A stretch of DNA of 41,862 bases from a virus (Duplodnaviria > Caudoviricetes), in the IMG/VR virus record IMGVR_UViG_3300012953_000060, positions 1 through 41,862 of that record, one strand, 5' to 3'. Numbering within the stretch: the first letter of the stretch is position 1; every line of letters begins with the position of its first letter. The notes under the pieces were generated by a model that saw only the letters and a list, made by a program, of their open reading frames with translations, searched no databases and had not been told where the DNA came from. The position numbers and the translations under genes were made by a program. This document shows positions 7,570-19,300 of the stretch, piece after piece.

Positions 7570-7857
7570 ATGTATCAAGCATTACCAAACAGACTACACA
7601 TTAAAGACAGTGACGTAGCTGGTCAAGGTATTTTTGCTCGTGAAGATGTACCAGAAGGTTTAATTCTAGGTATGTCACATATTATTGTGGATGAAGTAAT
7701 TTATAGAACACCATTAGGAGGTTTTATTAATCATAGCGATAATCCTAATTGTGTTAAATGGAAAGAAGATAATAAATATTTCGTTAAAACTATTCGTCAA
7801 ATTCATGAAGGCGAAGAGTTATTTTTAAAATATACTTTCTATAGTGTAAAAAGTTAG
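7570..7857 (+). CDS. SET-domain protein (putative protein-lysine methyltransferase)
   Basis: SET motifs AGQGIFA, GFINHSDNPNC and IHEGEELFLKY. Confidence 0.85.
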   Translation: MYQALPNRLHIKDSDVAGQGIFAREDVPEGLILGMSHIIVDEVIYRTPLGGFINHSDNPNCVKWKEDNKYFVKTIRQIHEGEELFLKYTFYSVKS

Positions 7858-7899
7858 CAAAACTCGCATATATAGCTTAACGAATTATGTTTTTTAACC

Positions 7900-8349
7900 T
7901 TGTCGTTTAGCGTAACAAGATCTACTGCACCAACTAAAATAGTTGATAATTACTTGGGGAAGACCTCTAGGTCATTTAAAGATATTAGCTTTAATTTGAC
8001 TAAGAATCCTATCACCAAGGATATTGTCGTACTTAAAAATGAGGAAGCGATTAAGCAGTCGGTTAAAAATTTAGTGTTAACGCAAATCGGTGAAAGACAT
8101 TTTAGTCCACTTCTAGGAACCAACACAACATCCTATTTGTTTGAATTATCTACAGGATTATCTGAGAATGCTCTAATTGAAGAAATAGAAGATGTATTGC
8201 AAACTTTTGAACCAAGAATTGCTCTATCATCTGTAACTGTGAACGCAAATGAAGATTTAAACAGATTTGAATGTTTTATTGAATATTTTATTGTTGGTAT
8301 TCCAGAAGCATTACAAACCATCGATTTCATTTTAGTTCGAGAAAGTTAA
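7900..8349 (+). CDS. gp25: Baseplate wedge subunit gp25
   Basis: FKDISF...AIKQSVKNLVLT..GER.F.P..G...LFE...FEPRI (GPW/gp25 family). TTG start uncertain. Confidence 0.92.
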   Translation: MSFSVTRSTAPTKIVDNYLGKTSRSFKDISFNLTKNPITKDIVVLKNEEAIKQSVKNLVLTQIGERHFSPLLGTNTTSYLFELSTGLSENALIEEIEDVLQTFEPRIALSSVTVNANEDLNRFECFIEYFIVGIPEALQTIDFILVRES

Positions 8350-10326
8350 ATGGAGTTACCATCAGTAGCATCCTTAGAGTTTGAACAACTTAAGGCGTCT
8401 ATAAAAAATTATATAAAAACTAAGTCAGACTTTACTGATTTTGACTTTGAAGGGTCAAACCTTTCAATGTTGGTAGATATTCTTGCTTATAATACTTTAT
8501 ATACCAGTTATAACATTAATATGGCATCTAACGAGTTAAATCTCGATACTGCCGTTTTAAGAGATAATATCGTTTCACATGCTAAGAAATTAGGATATAA
8601 TCCTATATCTTATCAATCTTCAAAGGTTGTAGTTGATCTTACTTGTTCTAATGTAGGATCATTTAAAAGATTAGGTCTTAAATCTGGTGCAACCTTACAA
8701 ACCAGTTTGAATGGAAAGAACTATACTTATGTGTCGAAAGATCCAATTAACCTTACAGTTGTTCCAGGCGCATCTCAGGCGGTCTTTAGAGATGTCGAAT
8801 TAGTCGAAGGTACAGTATTCGATGTTAACTATATTGTCAACACCTCAAACGAACATCAAAGGTTTTTCATACCTAATAATTTTATTGATTCTAGTACCGT
8901 AAAAGTATTTGTTAAGGATGATGCTAGTGCAACTACATCAATAGAATACACAAGAAAAAATACAATTGTAGGTGTAAAACCATCAGATACAGTATTTTTT
9001 GTAGAAGAAGTTCAAGATCAAAAATATGAAGTAATATTTGGTGATGATGTAATTGGCAGAAAATTACAAAACGGTGAAGTAGTAACAATTAGATATATTG
9101 TAACAGCTGGTTCTGAACTTAATAATGTTAAAGAAAGTTCTTTACAGTTTATTGGAACTATTGAATATGTTGATGCATCTGATAATACTGGAAAACTTGC
9201 TCTAAGTGATGTTTCATTTACTCTAAATGATCAAAATTCAAGTGGTGGTTCATCATTTGAAAGTATTTCCTCTATAAAGTATAGGGCTCCAAGATACTAT
9301 GCTGCACAAGAAAGGGCAGTTACAGTCAGTGATTATGAATCTTTAATAATGCAACTTTATGGTAATACTGACTTAGTTAAAGTTGTTGGTGGTGAAACAC
9401 TGTTTCCACCTCAGTATGGTAAAGTCTTTATTACAATTAAACCTAAAGTAGGTGATGTAGTTAGTAGCACTGAAAAAGGAAATATAGTCAAGGATCTTAA
9501 AGATTATATTGTTGGATCTATTACACCAGTAATTGTAGATCCTAAGAAAATTAAAATTACTGTCAAACCAGTTATTGTTTATAATCAAGATAAGACAAGA
9601 AGAAGTGCTGCTGCATTAGCTAAATTAATTCGTGATTTACTTATAGATTATGAAAATTCTGATGCATTTAAGAATTTTACTGGAAGATTTTCTAAATCTG
9701 AGTTGCTTGCTGCAATTCAAAATTTAGATTCATCTATTTTATATTCAAATGTAAAAACTAAAGTTTGTGCAGAGATTAATCTTCAATCATCTACAACTGC
9801 GATTGATTATAATGGTTCATTCTTTACTAAAATGAAGAGTAAACTTGATGGAAAATATGCCGTAGTTTCTGGTTACTTCTGTTATCCAGGCTATGCAGAT
9901 CCAGTATTTATTGGAGTTCCTTCATATCAGGAAGGTTGTGTTTTAGATAATAACATTTATGTATTTGATAAAAATGGAAATAAAATTACTACAATAGGTA
10001 TAATTGATTTTGAAACTGGTAATTTTTCATTCTCTATTCCAGCATGTAGTGATAATCCTATAGATTTATGTGGATTACAAGATGGAACAGATTTAGAAAC
10101 AGATTCGGAGACTTATCCTGATATTATTATTGATGAGCCTGCTATTATTGATGATGATGACGATGATTCTGAACTTAATGATGATACTACAATCGGCGAA
10201 CCAGTTATCGGAGATGTCACTGGCGATCCTGATATAACTACTGTAACAACTGTAGTTGACGATCCTAATAATGTTATCACAATTGATGACTTTACTCCAG
10301 AAACAGATCCAAGTAAGTGTAACTAA
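8350..10326 (+). CDS. gp6: Baseplate wedge protein gp6
   Basis: FTDFDFEGSNLSMLVDILAYNT, VSHAKKLGY, YEVIFGDDVIG, AQERAVTVSDYE, PQYGKVFI. Confidence 0.95.
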   Translation: MELPSVASLEFEQLKASIKNYIKTKSDFTDFDFEGSNLSMLVDILAYNTLYTSYNINMASNELNLDTAVLRDNIVSHAKKLGYNPISYQSSKVVVDLTCSNVGSFKRLGLKSGATLQTSLNGKNYTYVSKDPINLTVVPGASQAVFRDVELVEGTVFDVNYIVNTSNEHQRFFIPNNFIDSSTVKVFVKDDASATTSIEYTRKNTIVGVKPSDTVFFVEEVQDQKYEVIFGDDVIGRKLQNGEVVTIRYIVTAGSELNNVKESSLQFIGTIEYVDASDNTGKLALSDVSFTLNDQNSSGGSSFESISSIKYRAPRYYAAQERAVTVSDYESLIMQLYGNTDLVKVVGGETLFPPQYGKVFITIKPKVGDVVSSTEKGNIVKDLKDYIVGSITPVIVDPKKIKITVKPVIVYNQDKTRRSAAALAKLIRDLLIDYENSDAFKNFTGRFSKSELLAAIQNLDSSILYSNVKTKVCAEINLQSSTTAIDYNGSFFTKMKSKLDGKYAVVSGYFCYPGYADPVFIGVPSYQEGCVLDNNIYVFDKNGNKITTIGIIDFETGNFSFSIPACSDNPIDLCGLQDGTDLETDSETYPDIIIDEPAIIDDDDDDSELNDDTTIGEPVIGDVTGDPDITTVTTVVDDPNNVITIDDFTPETDPSKCN

Positions 10327-13300
10327 TGAAATTCTTAAGCGATAACTCGGTAGACCTTTCACATTTAATTGACAATCAATTTCCTCAATTTGTAAGGGAA
10401 GATAATTCTACGTTCATTAAGTTTATAAAAGCTTACTATGAATCACAAGAATTAAAAAATTCTCCTTTTGATATTGCACAAAATTTAATAGAATATTATA
10501 ATATTGGTTTTTATAAGAAATCAGAGTTAGTAGAAAATACAAATTTAAATGGTAATATTGCTAATAGTGCTACTACAATTAATGTAGATAGTACTGTTGG
10601 TTTTCCAGATAAAGGATATATTCAAATTGATGATGAAATAGTCTATTATGGATCTAAGACTACAACATCATTTACAAGTTGTGTAAGAGGTACATCGGCA
10701 CTTATATTAACTAATATACCACTTTCTCAAGTTAGTCTTAAAACATCATTAGCTGAAACTCATCTTGATAATGCAGTAGTAACTAATGTTGCATATGAAT
10801 TTACATCAGAATTTTTTAGAAGAATTAGATCAGAGATTGCTGTAACAATACCAGAAAATCTTGTATCAGAATTAGATTTATCATCATTCTTCTCTAGAAT
10901 TAGAAGTTTTTATGGTGCAAAAGGAAGTTTAAATTCTCATGCAATTCTTTTCAGAATATTATTTAACGATAAAAAAATAAAATTTACAACTAAAACAAGA
11001 GGTAGTGGAGCAACTTTAAAAATACCTAACTTTGATGGTGCTATAACTGGTCTTGAGATAACTTCTGGTGGGTCTGGATACGATTCTAGAACAGATGGTA
11101 GTGGTTTGATCAATCCTCCTATAATAGAGGTATTTGGAAGTGGTACAGGTATCAATGTTGCAAATCCAACTGCTTTGCTTACAGTTAATAGTATTACTAG
11201 TGGAGTTATTGATGGAGTAACTATTACCGATGCAGGGGAAAATTATGTTGGGCCAATTACTGCGTTTGTAAGAGAAAGAGATTTTGCTGAAGAAGAATTA
11301 GTTACCTCGATTGCTGGCACTGGTAGTGGTGTTGTTGAAAGTTGGGATTATAATACTGGAGAACTTACATTAACTAATATTATTGGATTTTTTGTTAATG
11401 CTGATGAATTGCAGTCTGGTAGTGGTGAAGGAGCAAGAGTTTTTGTAAAAACTTTTGAAATTATTTCTCAAGATCCAGAAATAGAGTTTCCAAAAGATTA
11501 TCTCTTTAGACCTTCAAATTCAAACTATGGTGGTAAAAAATTAGCTAGACTAGAAATTGTTAAAAAGTTATCTAATATATCTGATCCATCATTAGATGTT
11601 ATTTCCAATAATAAAACTCTTGCTCCATCATACATTACATTTTTACAAGATCAAGATACTATATTTGGTGTATCTAATGTAACTATTGAAAGTAGTCAAG
11701 TTATAAAAATTGATGATGTTGGAAAACCAACTTATGAGGCAGATATTGAAATTAATGACGATTTTAATAAGATATATCTTCCAGCATCTACACAATTAGT
11801 TAAAGCATTTGATCCTTCAAGTGATACAATAATTACTGTTGATGATGCATCAGGATTTCCTACTACAAAAGGTCAAGTTTATATTGATGATGTAATTATT
11901 GATTATGATGAAAGAAGTGTAAATCAATTCTTAGGTTGTACTGTTGTATCTGGATCTGGTATTAAAGCAGTTTCTACTGAAGTAGTTGCTTATGGAAGAT
12001 ATAGAACTAGAAAACAATATACTAGAGGTGAGTTTATAGGATTAGATCAAGAAAGATATTATGGAGAAAATTTATATAGATCTAAAAATGCGGGAATTTC
12101 ATCTAGCACTGCTGATCCAACTCATAGTTTAGGAAGTATTAAAGTTGGTGATATTGAATGGGAATACATTGGAAGTTCTAAAGTAACCTATTTTGTTGAT
12201 GTTTTTGTAGGATTCCCAGAAATTAGTTGTACTGGTAATGAAGGTGAATTAACAATAAGAGTTGATAAGGTAAGGGATATAGCTGTTGGTCAGTCAGTTG
12301 TTGGTTCTGGTATAGGAGTTGGTGCAAAAATTCGTTCTATATCAGGAAAAGAGTTAACATTATCAATACCTAATACATCTAAGGTTACTGGTGGATGTAT
12401 ATTCTCTGTTGCACAAGCAAGATTAATGGGATTAGTTGATAATATCACAATTGAAAAATCTGGTGCTTTGTTCAGTCCACAAAAATACTTTTTTGATGAT
12501 AAAACTTATGAAGATTTTTCTGGAACAGAATACAGTGCATGGAATGTCAACAGTGATCATACATTAGATACAGATAACGATTTTGTAGGTATTTCACAAC
12601 TTTATAATTACAAATCACCAAAAGATGAACATGTTTACGTTTCATCTTCTGCAATACCAGGCTATATCTTTAGTGGATCTGTTAATGCTAAAAATAGAGT
12701 TCTTTCAAATATTTTTGATGGATATACCAATGCATTTACTTTAATTGGCCTTACAAATCCTATAGAAAAAGATTTATTTATTTTTAGAAATGCATTATTA
12801 CAAGATCCATCAACAGATTTTGATGTTGTAAATGATATTCTTACTTTTGTAGAAACTCCGAGTCAAAATGAACCTGTATATGTAAGATATTTTAATGATA
12901 CTAATAAAGTTACAAAATTAACATACACACAAACTACTCAAGGTGCTTCAAGTTCTACAATCACATTAAGTGGTTTAGGATCTTTTAATACGAGTAATGA
13001 TTATCTTTTTGTGACTGTAAATGGTGTATTACAAGTTGGAAATGCTATTAGTTACAATAACACTAGTAAAGTAGCAACTTTTACAGATAATGTAAATACA
13101 CTGACTACTACATTGACAGCTACTGGTGCTACATACGCTCCTGCTAATGGTAATTTAACTCTTACTATTCTTAATAGTAATTTGACTGTAGGAGATAAAA
13201 TCAAGATTGCTGACGGTGGAATAACGTTTACATGTGCTAAAGATGGTGATACAACTACTCATCCTTATCCAAGGTCTACTGACCCTGCTAGTGATGAATG

Positions 13301-16300
13301 GTTAGAAATTACAAGTATTAGTGGTAATGATCATGTAGTTAATGTAGGTATTTCTAGTGATACATCAACTCATACATTTGTTTCTGCTGTAACTAATTCT
13401 ATTACAAGAAGACCAGATAAAGTTGTAGCATATTGGATAAAAAATGCAAAAGTTTTAGATGCTATTACATCTTCCTCTTCTTCAACTTATACTTTACAAC
13501 AATCAAGTTCTAATTACACTGCTGCAACTACTGATACTGTATTTGTTGCTATAAATGGTGTAATACAAAAACCAACAACTTCTTATACAATATCTGGATC
13601 TACTTTAACATTTAGTGAGGTAAATTCTGGTACTGCAATTACTGTTATTGATTTAGAAGATGGTAGTGGTGGAGCAGATATTATAAATGTAAATTTAGGT
13701 AGTTTAGCTGGTATTAATCAAGATAAAGATAATTATAAATTACAAAAATTAGTTAAAAGAATACCTTTCCCTGCAAGTCTTATTAACAATAATGTTTTAA
13801 GAACATCTAAAGCACTTTCACCAACACCATCTTTAAAAGGTATAGGAATTACTGTAGATGGAATACAATTTAACAGTATTCAAGGTAATAAAGTACAATA
13901 TGGTGCTGTCAAATCTATTACTATAGGATCTGGTGGTAATTATGAGGTTCCATTAGATAAAACTACAACAGGTAGTGGTAAATTTTTAAAATCTTCATAT
14001 CCAAAAGTTATCTTAACTAAAAATGGTGGAGAGACATCAGATGTTACTATAAGTGAGTCAATATTTGATATGTCAGCTGGAATTAAATCAATCGATATTA
14101 ATAAATTTTTAGATATTACTCCTTTAACTGGATTTACAATAAAACCAAATGTTGAGGTAGTTAGTAGTACAACAGTCGCAACAGGGTTTAGAAAAGCTGT
14201 AGTAGATGTTAGTTATAAAAACGGAACTATAGATGGATTTATCGTAGTTGATTCTGGATCTGGATATACTGAAGCACCAACAATTAAAATAACTGGTGGT
14301 GGTAAACTTGAATCAGAAAATTTTTCAATTCCTTTCTTTAATACATCTACAAATGATCTAATTGTAACTATGGAAGGTTCAATTATATCTTCTAAGAGTG
14401 CTTCATCTACAATTACGTTAACAACTCCTGTAGGTAGTAAATTTAATGCTAATCCTGTAACAACTGTTGATAGTGGTTCTAATGGACTTGTAAAAGTTTT
14501 TGTTGCTAATGGTCAAATTGTAGCAACTCAGGTTCTTGATAAAGGTCAAAATTATTTTACTGAACCAACTATAAAAATTGTTGGAGTTGGTACAAATGGT
14601 GTTCTTAGAGCAAGATTAGATGGTAGTGGTGGAATTAGTGGAGTAGATATAATAAATGCTGGTAGTGGATATACAGTTCCACCTGTAATTACTGTTATAA
14701 ATGATGATACTTTAGCAGTCGCAAGTTCATTGTTAAATGAATGGACATTTAATATACCAAATAGATTTAATACAAAAATAGATGAATTTGGTGGTTATGT
14801 ATTTGATTCTAATAGTGGTGTTATACTAAAAGTTGCTTCGTTTACAACTAGTACATTAGTGTTGTCAGAAGCACCTACAGGTGTAGTTGTTGGAATGGAA
14901 GTTACTCATCCACAAATACCAATTGGAACTTTTGTAACTAAAATAGATACTTCTGGTAAAATAATATATCTTTCTAGATCTGGATTAGATCAAGTTACAA
15001 ATATATCATTAAATGGTTCACTTGTAAGTTTCTATCAAGGTGATGATAGATTTAGAGGAACACTTAAAGCACAAGAAGTTATATCAACAAATTTTGCCGA
15101 ATCTAGATTAAATTTTCAGTATTTACAATTAAAAAATACTACTAAATTTGAAACATATTATAATATTAGTAGTTCAGCACATTCTAAATTAGTAGGATTC
15201 TCTTATGATGGACATCCAATATATTGTAAGTATGGTTATTCAACTCCATTAGACAATACTTCTGCAATTGAAGAACAAACTTCATCATGGAGATTAAAAG
15301 GAGATAGATTCAATGGACCATTAGTTGCAGATTATCCATTAGGTTCATTTATAGAAGATTATGAATATGATAAAACATATGGAACATTAGATGAATTTAA
15401 TGGTAGATTCTGTGTAACTCCAGAATATCCAGATGGTGCATATTGCTACTTTATGGTAGATGTTTTCCCATTTATTATTGGGCCCAAATATTTCTCAGAT
15501 CCAGATTGTTATAATACTGGAAATAACAGATCTAATGATCAAATTCCTAAACATTTTATACGAGTAAACGACACTGCAAATCAATATTTCCCACAGGAAG
15601 AAAAGAATATAAACAAATCTATTTTGTTTACTGATTATTCTTCTGTAGGTACTGTTGATAATATGTTTATAGAATCAGCTGGTGATAATTATAAAGTTGG
15701 TGATAATATTGTTTTTGATGATGATGAAACTGGTGGATCTGGAGCAATTGCTTATGTTAGTTCTGTCGATTCGCCACCTATTTCGGATATTCAAATTGGA
15801 TCAGATGGTGTAATTGAATTTACATTTACTGGTACTCATCAGATATCTGAAAATGATGTTATAGATGTAACTTATACAAAACAAACAACAAATACTGTAA
15901 TTAATTTAGATACAATTTCTTCAGTTCCAACTCAATTAAGTGGTAAAAATTTATATAATGTAATTTTAGAATCTCATAAAATATACAGACTTGAATTTGG
16001 TACAACTAGACCATATAATTTATCTTTTGATATTTTAAATTTTAATCCATATTTTCAAAGAGATATTGACTTAAAACCAACTTATGTTGATATAGATCCT
16101 ACAAAAATTCCAAGTGTTATTTTCATACATACAAGTCAATCAATATTTGAACTTAGAGTAGAATCAGCACCTATTATTGGTAGACATCTTGTTACTGAAG
16201 TATTATCTCCAAATACATTTACTGTTAAAGACATTTCGGTCAAAACAGCTGATACTTCAGTAATTGATATTGCAATAAAATCTAATGGTGCATCAGGACC

Positions 16301-19300
16301 TATTAAAACAATAAATGTAGTAAATGGTGGTAGTGGATATAGAGTTTTGCCTGGCATAAAATCAATTACTTCTACATCTGGAAAAGGTGGTCTTTTACAA
16401 GCAACATCTACAACAATTGGTAGTATTAACTCTGTTAAATTTATTACTTATGGTGATAAGTTTTATGGATCAAAAACTGTAAGAAATTATGTAGATCTTC
16501 CTATCACAATAAAAGTAAAATCTAACTTTGAAATTGAGTCTGTTAAGGTTCTTACAAATGGTAAAAATTATCTGGTAAATCCTTACGTTAGAGTAAATGG
16601 ATTAAATGATGCTGCAACTTTACAACCATCATTTAGTACTGGTGAAGTTGTTAGTATGGATGTAGTTGATGGAGGTAGTGGATTTAGTACAGAACCAACT
16701 ATACAAGTATTCAGTCAGAATGGTGGTTCTGGTGCTACATTCTCATCTACATTAAGAAGAAAATCATTGACTGTTGGTGATACTCTTTCCATTCAAGGTA
16801 AGAGTAGTAGTGCTAAAATTCTTTCTGTTGATACTAGAGCATCTACAGTAGAATTATTAGTCTCATCAGGAACATTTTTGAAAGATGATGTATTGATTCT
16901 TTCTGATGGTAAAACTTATGGTACAATTATAGAAGTTAATACTGCAAAAGCTTATGCTAAATCAAATTCATTTGGACAAATCAAAGAAAAATTTATAGGA
17001 AGTGCTGGATTTATAAGTGATAGTTTTCAAAAACTTGGAGATAATACTTATTATCAAGATTGGTCTTATAGTCTATCAAATGATAGAAATATAGTTGATT
17101 GGAAAAGAAATATTAATGATAATACTCATCCAGCTGGATTTAAGTTTTTTGGTAAAAATAGATTACATAGCAGAAAATCAATATTAGGTAGATCACAAGA
17201 TATTGTAAGAAGTGCTGTTACTTTTAAATCTAGTATTAGTAGTTTATTAAATTCAGATTTACAAGTACCATTTGAAGGAAAATGTACAAAATCTTATATT
17301 TATTTTCATAACTTAGCATCTCCAAATCCATATAAAGTAAATGATATTGTATTTGGTTCTATAACAGGTAATTTAGGATTTGTCATAGAGGTTGGTGTTG
17401 GATATATTGTTGTTGAATATCAAAATGGTGAAATACAAATAGGTGAAAATGTAATTAACTATCTTAGAAATGTAACTCTTACAAGTACTTCCGAAACTTC
17501 AAAAGCTTTAGTTGCAGTTAATGGTATTTTACAATCACCAGGCACCTCTTACGATGTTTCTGCAAATCAATTATTACCTAAGTTTCCAATATTTCCAGGC
17601 GATGAAATCGTAGGACATTATTTAACTACTAAATTTGAAATTATAGAAGGAATTGGTATTAATAATGGTAATGAAATTAATTTAAGTCAAGGTGGTTTAG
17701 ATTATACAGCTTCCAGTAGTGATCATTTATTAGTTTCATTGGATGGTGTAATTCAAAAGAGTTCCAACATGACACTTGCAAATGGTGGTAAAGCCATTAA
17801 ATTTGCTGGTTCAAATCTTGCCGCAGATACAAAAGTACAATTTGTATTAGAACATTCTCAGTTACAACCATTAACATTTACTGGAAGTGCTGGTACTGCA
17901 TTTACACTAAATGTAACTCCTTCATCTAATTGTAAATTATTAGTATTCTTCGTTGGTGTTGATCAATCTCATTTATTAACAGATTACACTGTTAGTGGAA
18001 ATACAATTACTTTCGCATCTTCAGTAAATCCTGATGAAATATTTGGTTGGCATATTAACGAAACAGTTACTTGTGAAAAAGTTGCTCTACCAAATTTATA
18101 TTCTAATGCTGCTTCTGGAGTTGATAAGGTATGTAATCAAGCAAATAATATAACTTTAGAAATTAATTCAGATAATGTAAAACGAGCAAACGATTTCTAT
18201 GAAATACAAAAAGAACAACTAGATGGAACTATGTTCTTATCTGGTAGTCAAGTTTATGGTTTTGACACTAAATTTAAAACTTCAAATCCAGAAAATTCTA
18301 CAAGTCATGTAGAAGTTATTAATGATATTTCAGATAAAACAAATAATGTTACATCTACATTTGATTTAAAGATTAATAAGAATCAATCGTATACACCTGT
18401 GGATGGAATTAACTCATTACAAGTTACAGTCAATGGAACTATATTAGGAAAAAACAATAGAACTGTAACTCCTACAACGGCATCTTATGTTGCATCAACA
18501 GGTGTAATGACTCTTACAGTTCCTAATCATCAATTTGATACTGGTGATTTTGTTAAGATTGCTGATAATGCAATTACATTTACTTGTACAATGGATAGTA
18601 ATGCTACTAACCATTCATATCCAAGATCTACTGATCCTTTTAGTGGTGAATGGATTGCAGTTACAAAGGTTGATAATAATAACTTTAGTGTTAATGTTGG
18701 TAAATCACCTACAAAGAAATTTACTGCAACTGCAGCAAGTTATGCTACAGGATCAGGACAACTTACATTAACAATTGGTGGTCATACACTAAAAACTGGA
18801 ACCAAAGTTAAAATTGCAACCGACTCAATTAAATTTAATGTTGGTGGAAGTGTAATTACATATCCTAGTGCAGCTGGTGGTACTACATATGCATCAATTT
18901 TATCTGTAACTGGAACTACAATTGTTCTTGATTTTGGTGTACCTAATAATACTGCTACACATGTATTCTTATCTGGGTCAGCAGACTTAGTTAGAAATAG
19001 TATAACCACTGGTGGTGATTATACACATACCTTTGTTTCTGCAACTGTGGGTGGTATTAAGAGTGCTACTGGATATACAGTTAGTGGTACTCAGATTACA
19101 TTTATCAAACCTCCATTATTGAATGATAAAATTTCTATTAAGGATTTTGTATCAACCTATAAAGCAAATAGTGGTACTAAAAAAGGTGCTGAAGTAGACG
19201 AGTTTAATTCTGCAAATGGTGTTAGAAAAATATTTAATATTTCTGATGATGGTATACCAGAAACAGTATCTAATAAAACAGATTTATTTACAATTAAAAA

